Source: Desulfobacteraceae bacterium UBA2174 (GTDB lineage: Bacteria > Desulfobacterota > Desulfobacteria > Desulfobacterales > UBA2174). Taken from it: 64,000 nt of DNA. The stretch is taken from assembly GCA_002327445.1 (NCBI GenBank), contig DCWA01000006.1, forward strand, positions 29,662-93,661, written 5' to 3'. Made by a program: the position numbers and the translations under genes. Positions 10,501-19,161 of the stretch are shown here, in pieces. Position 1 is the stretch's first letter. Each line of letters opens with the position of its first letter. The notes under the pieces were generated by a model that was given only the letters and a program-made list of their open reading frames with translations, searched no databases and was not told the DNA's origin.

Positions 10501-10609
10501 GCTGTGCATGGCCACCTGCCCCAAGGGGGGTGTCCTGGTGCACGGATTCACGCTGGAGCAGATCGGCGCCCAGGTGGAAGCGGCGTTGAAAGTGCCTAAA
10601 GTGAGCTAA
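7550..10609 (+). CDS. hdrA: Heterodisulfide reductase subunit A-like flavo-FeS selenoprotein with two HdrA modules (1019 aa; Sec60 at TGA 7727-7729)
   Basis: GAGGT RBS at 7541; GGGIAG, LDKTYPTNDCAM-TGA-IISPKL matches the HdrA DCxxC motif; ORFs ending 7729 and starting 7772 share a frame; two CVGSR..CS.VCC motifs and ferredoxin motifs. Confidence 0.92.
7745..7762 (+). other. SECIS hairpin of hdrA
   Basis: CTGGTCG-AGGT-CGGCCGG (7 pairs incl. G-U); loop begins 22 nt after the TGA. Confidence 0.75.
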
Positions 10610-10736
10610 AGTGAGCTAAAGTTAAGGAATTCTGGCAGTTTTATAAAAACCACCGGAGCGCAGCGACACCACAACTTTAGGCACTTTAGGCACTCGTCAC
10701 TTTAGGCACTTTAGGCACTTATAACTTTAGTCACTT
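10589..10736 (+). repeat. Intergenic palindromic tandem-repeat element, copy 1
   Basis: Left arm of AAAGTG(CCT/AGCT) units, about 50-bp core, right arm of ACTTTAGGC units; second copy at 42.6 kb. Confidence 0.85.
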
Positions 10737-10772
10737 AAGATATTTTTCCCATATTCAGAAAGGAGTCGGATC

Positions 10773-11213
10773 ATGGCCGACAACTTCGAACCTGCGATCA
10801 TCGGTTTTCTGTGCAACTGGTGCGCCTATGCCGGCGGCGACTTGGCCGGCGTCTCCCGGTTGCAGTACCCGCCCAACATGCGCGCCGTCCGGGTGATGTG
10901 CTCGGGGATGGTCCATCCGGACCTGGTGGTGGGTGCCTTGCGCAAGGGGGCCGACGGCGTCATCGTCATGGGCTGACACCTCGGTGAATGCCATTACCTG
11001 GACGGTAATGTCAAAGCTCTGGGCCGCGCCGCAGCCATCCGCATCGTTCTGGAGGATCTGGGGATCGATCCGGAGCGTTTCGCCATCGAGTGGGTCTCGT
11101 CCGCCGAAGCCCCGCGGTTTGCCGAGGTGGTGACGCGCTTCACCGAAAAGATCCGGTCTCTGGGCCCCAACCGCGCCGCGGCGCCGGAAGCGGCGGCCGA
11201 AGCCGCCGCCTGA
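10773..11213 (+). CDS. mvhD: MvhD/FlpD hydrogenase FeS subunit, selenoprotein (146 aa; Sec68 at TGA 10974-10976)
   Basis: FLCNWCAY, VRVMCSG, GADGVIVMG-TGA-HLGECHYLDGN equals the GC..G.CHY motif; continues with ERFAIEWVSSAEAPRF to TGA 11211. Confidence 0.93.
10992..11010 (+). other. SECIS hairpin of mvhD
   Basis: CATTACC-TGGAC-GGTAATG perfect 7-bp stem; loop begins 22 nt after the TGA. Confidence 0.85.
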
Positions 11214-11235
11214 CCGGTGTGAAAAGGAGAAGATC

Positions 11236-12354
11236 ATGAAAACCTTTTTCGACCTGATCCAGGAAGTCCAGAAACCCGGCCTCTGCCATCGCTGCGGCGG
11301 TTGCGTGACCTTCTGCACGGCCGTCAACTACGGCGCCCTGGAACTCGACGACGACGGAAAGCCGCGCTACGGTGACATCGAAAAATGCATCGAATGCGGC
11401 CTGTGCTACGCCATCTGCCCGGAGATCGACGAACTGGAGGAGGAAACGCGCCGGCGGGCCGCCTGGAGCGCGCCCATGGGCCGGATCATCGAGACCAGCG
11501 TGGCCCGGGCCAGCGATGCCGCGGTGCGGCAGCACGCCACCGACGGCGGGGTCGTCACCGCCATCCTTTTGCACCTCTTCGACCGGGGGCGCATCGACGG
11601 GGCCATCGTGGCCAAGCAGGTGGGCCCGTTTCAACGTCGCCCGTTTCTGGCCACCACCCGCGACGAGATTCTCGAATCGGCCGGCTTTTTCTTCGATACC
11701 TCCCACGGGATGAAAAGCTTCAGCGACCAGTACATGACCTATTCCTCCATCGAAGAGTTCGATCCCATGGTCAAAAAGGGATTGCATCGCGTGGCGCTGG
11801 TGGGCACACCCTGCCAGATCAAGTCGGTGCGGCGTATGCAGACCATGGGGCTGGTGCCCTCGGATGCGATCCATTTCTGTTTCGGCCTGTTTTGCTCGGG
11901 CAACTTCGTTTTCGGGGAAAAGGAGCGGGCCGATCTGGCCGCGGCCCACGGGTTCGACTGGAACCAGGTGCGCAAGATCAACATCAAGGAAGCGTTGATG
12001 CTGCACATGAAGACTGGAGAAGTGAAGACGATTCCGCTGGAAGATCTGGCATCGATTCGCCGATATGCCTGCCGTTTCTGCCCGGACTACGCGGCCGAAT
12101 TCGCCGACATCTCCTTCGGCGGCATCGGGGCCAAGGAGGGATGGACCACGGCCATCACCCGCACGCCCGTCGGCCGGGCGGTGTTTTCCGACGCCCGCAC
12201 GGCAGGGGCGCTGGAGTGTTTCCGCTACCAGGACGATCCCCGCTACGCCAGCACCGCCCTGGAAAAGGTGCAGGAATGGTCCCGGCGCAAGAAGGAAAGC
12301 GCCGCGGAATTTCGCAAGGAGCTGGGCGCCCGATCCGTTCGGGTCAAGGCGTAA
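11236..12354 (+). CDS. F420 hydrogenase/dehydrogenase beta subunit (FrhB/FdhB-like) with N-terminal 2x[4Fe-4S]
   Basis: CHRCGGCVTFC, CIECGLCYAICP, TDGGVVTAIL, VGTPCQ, GLFCSGNF, CRFCPDYAAEFADISFG. Confidence 0.88.
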   Translation: MKTFFDLIQEVQKPGLCHRCGGCVTFCTAVNYGALELDDDGKPRYGDIEKCIECGLCYAICPEIDELEEETRRRAAWSAPMGRIIETSVARASDAAVRQHATDGGVVTAILLHLFDRGRIDGAIVAKQVGPFQRRPFLATTRDEILESAGFFFDTSHGMKSFSDQYMTYSSIEEFDPMVKKGLHRVALVGTPCQIKSVRRMQTMGLVPSDAIHFCFGLFCSGNFVFGEKERADLAAAHGFDWNQVRKINIKEALMLHMKTGEVKTIPLEDLASIRRYACRFCPDYAAEFADISFGGIGAKEGWTTAITRTPVGRAVFSDARTAGALECFRYQDDPRYASTALEKVQEWSRRKKESAAEFRKELGARSVRVKA

Positions 12355-12419
12355 GGCCCGGTCTGCAACCGGATCGGCGGGCCGGCGCCTCGGCCCCCGA
12401 TCGTCAGGAGGGATGGAAG

Positions 12420-13361
12420 ATGACGGTAAAAGTGGCAAGCGAATGGCTCAACTCCTGTTCGGGATGCGAGATCGCCATCATAGACCTGGGAGAACGCTTG
12501 CTGGACGTGCTCAAGGTGGCCGATTTCGTCCATCTGCCGGCGCTGATGGACCACAAGTACTTCGGCCAGCTCGGCGACGGCCGCCATATGGAAATCCCCG
12601 AGGCCGACGTGGGGCTGATCAGCGGGGCGATCCGCAACACCGAACACCTGGAAGTCGCCCTGGAGATGCGCCGGCGCTGCAAGACGATCATCGCCCTGGG
12701 CACCTGCGCCACCCATGGCGGGATCCCGGCCCTGTCCAACTCTTATACGCCGGAAGAGATTCTCCACCGGTACTACACCACCGAAAGCACCGACGCGCCG
12801 GAGCGCCGCCCCGACCCGACCATCGTGCCGCCGCTGCTCGACCGCTGCTACGCCCTGGACGAGAAGATCGCGGTGGACATCTACCTGCCCGGCTGCCCCC
12901 CGCATCCGGACCACATCTTCGGGGCCCTGACGGCCCTGGTGGAAGGCCGGCCGCCGGTGCTGCCGGGAAAAAGCGTCTGTGACGTTTGCCCGACGCGGCG
13001 CGAGGGCAAGGGGCAGCTCCAGAAGCTGCGGCGGTTTCTCGAAGCGCCGGTGTACGCCGAGCCCGGCGCGCCGTTGGACGAAATGCGCTGTCTGCTCGAA
13101 CAGGGATTTCTCTGCATGGGACCGGTCACCCGCGCCGGTTGCGGCGGGCTCGACGGTCCGCCGCGGTGCATCGCGGCCCGGGTCCCCTGCCGGGGCTGCT
13201 ACGGGCCGGTGCGCCAGGACGGCAACCCGCGTCTGGACATGCTCAACGCCCTGGCTTCCAACGGAATCGACATCCAAAGCCTGCCCGAGAGCATTTCGAT
13301 GCTGCGTTTTGCCGGAGCGCACGGGCTGCTGCGTCCGGCAGGAAAAAGAAAGGAGTCGTAA
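12420..13361 (+). CDS. mvhG: Group 3c-type hydrogenase small subunit
   Basis: AGGAGG RBS; WLNSCSGC, GTCATHGGIP, LPGCPP, VCDVC, CLLEQGFLCMGPVTRAGC, PCRGCYGP. Confidence 0.9.
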   Translation: MTVKVASEWLNSCSGCEIAIIDLGERLLDVLKVADFVHLPALMDHKYFGQLGDGRHMEIPEADVGLISGAIRNTEHLEVALEMRRRCKTIIALGTCATHGGIPALSNSYTPEEILHRYYTTESTDAPERRPDPTIVPPLLDRCYALDEKIAVDIYLPGCPPHPDHIFGALTALVEGRPPVLPGKSVCDVCPTRREGKGQLQKLRRFLEAPVYAEPGAPLDEMRCLLEQGFLCMGPVTRAGCGGLDGPPRCIAARVPCRGCYGPVRQDGNPRLDMLNALASNGIDIQSLPESISMLRFAGAHGLLRPAGKRKES

Positions 13362-13364
13362 ACC

Positions 13365-14828
13365 ATGTCCCGGGTCATCAACATTCAGCCCATCACCCGC
13401 ATCGAGGGGCATGCCTCCATCGGCATCGAACTCGACGACGCGGGCAACGTGAACCAGGCGCGGGTCAACATCCTGTCCATGCGCGGGTTCGAGAAGTTCG
13501 TGGAGGGCAAGCCCGCCGAGGAGCTGCCGCGGATCGTCAGCCGCATCTGCGGCATTTGCCCATGGATGCACCACCTGGCGTCCAACAAGGCGGTGGATGG
13601 CTGCTTCGGCGTCACCCCGACACCGGCCGGCGGCAAGCTGCGCGAGCTGATGCAGGCCATTTCCCACGCCGAAGACAAGCTGCTGCACTTTTTCTTTCTG
13701 GCCGCCGCCGATTTCGTCATCGGGCCGGATACCGACTATGCCGTGCGCAACGTGATCGGCATCGTCAAGAGCAACCCGGACCTGGCCCAGCGGGTCGTCA
13801 AGATGCGCCAATTGGCCAAGATGACCCTGGACCAGTTTTCCAACAAGGCGATTCATCCCATCGCCGGGGTGCCGGGCGGCTTTTCCAAGCCCTTACGGGA
13901 GGAAGACCGCATCGAGATCCTCAGCCGGATGCGCCAGCTTCTCGATTTCGCCCTCTTCACCATGGACCTGGCCAAGAAGGACATCTTCCCCAAGTACATG
14001 GAGGCGATTCAGACCATCGGCGTCATCCGGACCGGCTTCATCGGCACGGTGGACGACGACGGGGCCCTGAACCTCTACAACGGCAAGCTGCGCTTGATGC
14101 GGCCCGACGGCAGCATCACCGCGTTTGCCTACGAGGATTACACCGATTACATCGGCGAGCAGGTGCTCCCCTTTTCCTACGGCAAGTTTCCCTATGCGCG
14201 CTGCTGGAACGAGGGCTTCTCCCTGGATCTGGACGAGCCCCGGGGGGTCTACCGGTCCAACACCCTGGCCCGCATCAACGTGGCCGACAAGATTGCCACG
14301 CCCCGGGCCCAGGCCGAACTGGAGGAGTTTCGCCAGCACTTCGGCCGGCCGGCCCAGGCTACCCTGCTGTACCACTGGGCCCGGCTCATCGAGGAGGTGT
14401 ACGCCTGCGAACGGGCCATCGAGATCCTGGAGGATCCGGAAATCACCGATCCGAACGTACGGGCAGCCGTGGCGCCCAAGGCCGGCCGTGGCGTGGGCTG
14501 CGTGGAAGCGCCTCGCGGCACTCTCATCCACGACTACACCACGGATGAGAACGGCCTGATTCTGCACGCCAACATGATCGTGGGCACCACCCACAACCTC
14601 GGGCCCATCAACATGAGCGTCGATCAGGCGGCCCGGGAACTGATCCACGACGGGGTGGTCAACGAGGGAATCCTCAACCGGATCGAGATGGCGGTGCGCG
14701 CCTACGACCCGTGAATTTCCTGCGCGACGCATCGCCTGGACGGCGATCACGGCATCACCATCACCATCAGCGACGCTTCCCATAACGTCGTCCGGCGCTG
14801 GCCCGAGAGGGAGGGGCGCCTCCTGTAG
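13365..14828 (+). CDS. mvhA: [NiFeSe] group 3c-type hydrogenase large subunit (487 aa; Sec450 at TGA 14712-14714)
   Basis: TRIEGH, RICGIC (L1), EAPRGTLIH, RAYDP-TGA-ISCATH (L2 DPCxxC) plus a 31-aa tail to TAG 14826-14828. Confidence 0.93.
14731..14747 (+). other. SECIS hairpin of mvhA
   Basis: ATCGCC-TGGAC-GGCGAT; same loop as the mvhD hairpin; loop begins 22 nt after the TGA. Confidence 0.85.
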
Positions 14829-15118
14829 CCATCCATCACGGACAATGGACAAAACCCTGCCGTCCAGCGGCAGGCGATCCAAGGCCGGGGGCAGCCATGC
14901 TCCCGGCCGATTCTTTTGGAGTTCGACAGGTGGCCGTTCCCGGGGGCTTGACAACGCGATAGCGATGCCTGATGAATACTTTGGCATGCGCTGATCCATT
15001 TCGAAATTGCGATCCGGGGAAGCTTCATCCCGCAACGACCAAACGCTCCATTCATTCCGCCGGAAGGATGAAGCAGTCTCGATGAGAGGCTTCTTCCGAG
15101 GGCATTTAGGAGGATCCG

Positions 15119-15511
15119 ATGAAAATACTCGTGGCCTATGACGGTTCGGCGGCCAGTAACAGAGCGCTGAACCTGGCAATTGACAAGGCAAAGGCCAACG
15201 GTGCGCGGGTCTATGTCGTCACCTCGATGAGCAAGGGCACCCAGAGCCAGTTGCACGACATTCAGGAAACAGAGAAGAAACTGGATGAAATCAAGAAGAT
15301 GCTCCAGGACCAAAACATTTCCGCCGATACCGCGCTATTGATCCGAGGGGTGGAGCCTGGGGAGGATGTGGTCGAATTCGCGAAGGAAAACGAAATCGAT
15401 GAGATTTTTGTGGCGATCAGAAAACGCTCCAGGGTGGAAAAGATGATTCTCGGATCGACGGCGCAATACGTGATTCTGAACGCCCATTGCCCGGTGATCA
15501 CGGTGAAATGA
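15119..15511 (+). CDS. Universal stress protein
   Basis: MKILVAYDGS, ILGSTAQYVILNAHCPVITVK; AGGAGG RBS. Confidence 0.92.
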   Translation: MKILVAYDGSAASNRALNLAIDKAKANGARVYVVTSMSKGTQSQLHDIQETEKKLDEIKKMLQDQNISADTALLIRGVEPGEDVVEFAKENEIDEIFVAIRKRSRVEKMILGSTAQYVILNAHCPVITVK

Positions 15512-16025
15512 GCCGTTTCCCGAACGTTGTGAAAATCCTTTCTTATGAATGATTCCGCCGGCGCGCGGCCTGCCTTGACACGCCATCCCAACGGGTTCGG
15601 GTTTTGCGCCGCTCGCGCCATTGCGCGACGGCGCGGGGAACTGGCCCCCCCGGGAGCATGGTGGAGCGCGCGGCGGCACCCGTCCCTCATTCGACGCCTG
15701 TGTCCCGTCCAACGTCGCTCCTCGCGAGGGGCGCCGGCTGCAGCATGCCATTGAAGGCCCGAAATTTGGGACCAGCGTGAGAGAGCCCCCGCCCCCCATC
15801 CCACCCTGTCCCCATCCTTCCGGCACCGGTGGCGGCGGCAGGGCGCACCGTTTCAAGGGGATCCCCTTCCGTGTTCGGACCGTGTTGCATTTATCGGCTC
15901 AAGATGGTATGAAACTCTGTGTTTCAATGTAATATTAATATATTAGAAGGTAATTCCCCCATGAGCGGTCCGATCTTCGCGTCGTTGCACGGTATCCATG
16001 CCAGGGTTGTTTCCGGAAGGTTTTG

Positions 16026-16445
16026 ATGGCGTCTGTGTCTCCCGAGATTGATGGCAAGCTGCGTATTGCAAGCGCCAGCGATATCGTTGCGGTACGCAAA
16101 AGCGTGCGCGAAGTGGCGGCGGTGATGGGGTTCGATGTTGTCCGCAGCACCCGCATCGTTACCGCCGCCGCCGAGCTGGCGCGGAACATCATTCATTATG
16201 CCGGTTCCGGGGAACTGACCTGGAAATCGGTGGCACACGAAGGACGCAAGGGGCTTCGTCTCGAATTTCTCGACCATGGCCCGGGCATCGCCGACATTTC
16301 CCAGGCCATGGCTCCGGGCTACAGCAGCTCCGGAGGGCTCGGCATGGGGTTGCCTGGCGCCAAGCGGTTGGCCGATGAGATGATCGTGCAGTCGGAGGCC
16401 GGCAAGGGGACGAACGTGGTGATCCTCCAGTGGCTGCCGTTGTGA
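16026..16445 (+). CDS. rsbT: RsbT-like anti-sigma regulatory Ser/Thr kinase
   Basis: TAAAELARNIIHYAGSG, DHGPGIADI..AM..GYSS..GLGMGLPGAKRLADE. Confidence 0.88.
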   Translation: MASVSPEIDGKLRIASASDIVAVRKSVREVAAVMGFDVVRSTRIVTAAAELARNIIHYAGSGELTWKSVAHEGRKGLRLEFLDHGPGIADISQAMAPGYSSSGGLGMGLPGAKRLADEMIVQSEAGKGTNVVILQWLPL

Positions 16446-16504
16446 GTCCCCACTGCCGGAAAGGCGGCACGTTCGATTGACAGAATTTGTGGAGAAGGAC
16501 GCAG

Positions 16505-17533
16505 ATGGCCAATCTTCTGATCGTGGACGATGAAGCCCAGATACGCCTGATGCTCAGCCAGATGCTCACCGCCAAAGGGCATCAATGCACGTGCGCCGCC
16601 GATCCGGACGAGGCCCGAAGCCTGTTGAAAGGCGCTTCCTTTGACTTGATTCTATGCGACATCAACATGCCCGGGGAAAACGGGATGAGCCTGATGCGCG
16701 ACATCCTGCCCCGTTACCCGGATACCGCCGCCATCATGGTCACTGGCATCGACGATCATGTCGTTGCCGAGCAATTCTTCGACCTGGGGGTTTACGGCTA
16801 CCTCACCAAACCTATCGACCGTACCCGGGTCTTGATCGCCGTGGCCAATGCCCTGCGGCGTCATGAGCTGGAACGCATCAACCGCGAGTACCAGGCAGGA
16901 CTGGAATCGCTGGTGGCCCAGCGCACCGAAGCCCTCAGGGAAATGGTGCAGACCAAGCACCGGACTCTTGTCGGCATGGTGCATGCCATCGCTGCCATCG
17001 TGGAAAACCGGGATCCCTACACCGCCGGCCACCAGCGCCGTGTCGCGGAACTGGGCCGGGCCATGGCCGTCAAGCTGAAAATGACCGCCATCGAAATCGA
17101 AGGGATCTTCATGGGGGGATTGATCCACGACGTTGGCAAGATCGCCATTCCCTCGGAAATTCTGTCCAAGCCCGGCCGGTTGGATCCCATCGAGTTCGAG
17201 TTGATCAAGCGGCACACTACCGCCGGTTACGAGATTGTCAAAGACACCGCCTTCGATTGGCCCATCGCCGATATCGTGCACCAGCACCACGAAAAAATGG
17301 ACGGCAGCGGTTATCCCCGGCAACTGGTCGGGGCAGACCTTTCGCCGGCGGTTCGGATCATTTGCGTCGCCGATGTCGTCGAAGCCATGGCCTCCCATCG
17401 GCCTTACCGCCCGGCGCTGGGTATCGCGTCGGCCCTGGCGGAAATCGATACCCATAGCGGCACCAAGTATGATCCGGACAGCGTGCAGGCCTGCCTGGCG
17501 CTTTTCAAGAAAGATGGATACCGGCTTGAATAA
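16505..17533 (+). CDS. Response regulator with HD-GYP phosphodiesterase domain
   Basis: LLIVDDE, CDINMPG; RDPYTAGHQRRV, HDVGK, HHEKMDGSGYP. Confidence 0.92.
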   Translation: MANLLIVDDEAQIRLMLSQMLTAKGHQCTCAADPDEARSLLKGASFDLILCDINMPGENGMSLMRDILPRYPDTAAIMVTGIDDHVVAEQFFDLGVYGYLTKPIDRTRVLIAVANALRRHELERINREYQAGLESLVAQRTEALREMVQTKHRTLVGMVHAIAAIVENRDPYTAGHQRRVAELGRAMAVKLKMTAIEIEGIFMGGLIHDVGKIAIPSEILSKPGRLDPIEFELIKRHTTAGYEIVKDTAFDWPIADIVHQHHEKMDGSGYPRQLVGADLSPAVRIICVADVVEAMASHRPYRPALGIASALAEIDTHSGTKYDPDSVQACLALFKKDGYRLE

Positions 17534-19088
17534 GGGTTTGAATAAGATTTTTTTTTGGCGCCGCGACGGCCGACAGGCCGCTTTCGGAAGAATCGAGGGC
17601 GCATCGCCGCCCCTGAACGCCAGCGAGGCATCCATCGCGCGGATCGAGAAGCGGATCTGGCAGCTGGTGCTGCTGGCGGTGGTGGTGATTCTCTATTTGA
17701 CTCTTTCCCTGGTTGGCATCCAGGTGTTGGGCTACTTGAACCCGCCTTCCAACAGCGTCCCCCGGGCGGAGCACACGGTCGACCCGATGCTATTCCCCTT
17801 GTCGCTCGGGGTTCTCGTGCTCCTGTTCAGCGCCTATCTGATCATCCAGCAGCGGGAACTGCTCAAAACCACCCGCCAGCTGTTTTCGGAGCGCCAGACC
17901 GCCAGCGAACTCAACCGCAGCGTGGACATTCTCAGCGCCCTGCTTGAAGTGAGCTCCAGCATCAATGCCCAGAAGCGGATCATGGCGATCCTGACGACCA
18001 TCAGCCGGGCGGTGCGCCAATCTTTTCAGGCGGACCGGGTGTCGGTGATGCTGGTGGACAGCAATGGCAAGAACCTCAAGACCATGGCGGCACTGGGAAG
18101 GGGAGAGGACAAATTGCGGGACGTTTTCGTGCCGCTGGGCACGGGGGTGGCCGGCTGGGTGGTGCGGCATGGCCAGCCGCTCCTGCTCCAGGGGAAGGTG
18201 GACCCGACCGCCTTCCCCGGCGCGTCTGCCAAATCGGGCGAAATCAGCTCGGCGATGTGCGTGCCGCTCAAGATCGGCCGGCGCTGTATCGGCGTGCTCA
18301 ATGTGAATCGGATGGACCGGCATTCCGAATTTACCGCCAACGATCTGAGGCTGTTGTCGGTTTTCGGCAACACGGCCGCCACGGCGATCAACAACGCGTT
18401 GTTGCATCATCGCCGCAAGGAACAGATCCGGCTCAAGACGGTGGTGGAACAGTTGCATTCCCCGCGGGTGGTGCATGAGCTGATCGACAAGGCCGAACAG
18501 CTCGTGGCGCCCGGAGGGCTCCGGGAACGGCGCACCATCAGCACCCTGTTCGCCGATATCCGCGGATTTTCCGAAATGTCCGCCTCCATCGATCCCGAGA
18601 CGATGATGGCCTTTCTCGATGCGTTCTATGCCCGCATGGCCCAGGCGGTGGCGGACAATGAAGGGACGCTGGACAAGTTCATCGGAGATGAGGTGATGGC
18701 CTTTTTCGGCGCTCCCGAGCCGCTGGAAAACGTATCTCTCAACGCGCTGCAGACCGCCATCGAAATGATGATCTTCTTCGGGTGGCTCCGCGAAAGTTTC
18801 AGCCTCCGCCAGCCGCAGTTCGGCCGGGTCGGTCTGGGAATCGGCATCAATACCGGCCCGGTGGTGGTCGGCAGTGTCGGGTCGCGCCAGCGCTCCGAGT
18901 ACACCGTGATTGGAGATGCGGTCAATCTGGCCCGCCGGTTCTGCGGTCATGCCCGTTCCGGGGAGATCCTGGTGGGGGAGATGACGCGCCAGCAGGTTTC
19001 AGAAGAAGTGAGCTGTCATTTCGCAGGCGAGTTCGAGTTCAAAGGTTTTGCCGGTGTCAAACCGGTATATCGAATCGAATGGAAATGA
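17514..19088 (+). CDS. Membrane-anchored GAF + class III adenylate cyclase (start uncertain: ATG 17514 or TTG 17538)
   Basis: Two TM helices; GAF (AMCVPL..IGVLNV); LFADIRGFS, DKFIGDEVMA, YTVIGDAVNLARR. Confidence 0.88.
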   Translation: MDTGLNKGLNKIFFWRRDGRQAAFGRIEGASPPLNASEASIARIEKRIWQLVLLAVVVILYLTLSLVGIQVLGYLNPPSNSVPRAEHTVDPMLFPLSLGVLVLLFSAYLIIQQRELLKTTRQLFSERQTASELNRSVDILSALLEVSSSINAQKRIMAILTTISRAVRQSFQADRVSVMLVDSNGKNLKTMAALGRGEDKLRDVFVPLGTGVAGWVVRHGQPLLLQGKVDPTAFPGASAKSGEISSAMCVPLKIGRRCIGVLNVNRMDRHSEFTANDLRLLSVFGNTAATAINNALLHHRRKEQIRLKTVVEQLHSPRVVHELIDKAEQLVAPGGLRERRTISTLFADIRGFSEMSASIDPETMMAFLDAFYARMAQAVADNEGTLDKFIGDEVMAFFGAPEPLENVSLNALQTAIEMMIFFGWLRESFSLRQPQFGRVGLGIGINTGPVVVGSVGSRQRSEYTVIGDAVNLARRFCGHARSGEILVGEMTRQQVSEEVSCHFAGEFEFKGFAGVKPVYRIEWK

Positions 19089-19161
19089 TGAAAACCGTTT
19101 CGGCCGGCCCCCCCATTCGCCGGGAGCCGGCTTCAATCGCCGCGGCGCGAGCTGTACCCTT

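Noticed and set aside
10589-10736. CRISPR array
   Set aside because: Units are 9-10 bp, contiguous, without unique spacers; no cas genes in the window
11211-11213. Further Sec read-through at the second TGA of mvhD
   Set aside because: Domain is complete, no hairpin at the 22-nt offset, and the next gene's RBS and ATG follow directly
7727-14714. hdrA, mvhD and mvhA as nonsense-mutated pseudogenes
   Set aside because: All three stops are TGA at conserved Cys positions with equally spaced hairpins; selenocysteine explains them far better
15527-15544. Rex operator (TTGTGAAAATCC...)
   Set aside because: Only the left half matches TTGTGAA-N4-TTCACAA, and it lies just downstream of a gene
15512-16020. 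Riboswitch, ncRNA or small ORFs in the 500-bp USP-rsbT gap
   Set aside because: Only generic GC-rich pairing, no motif I recognise; an Rfam scan would be needed
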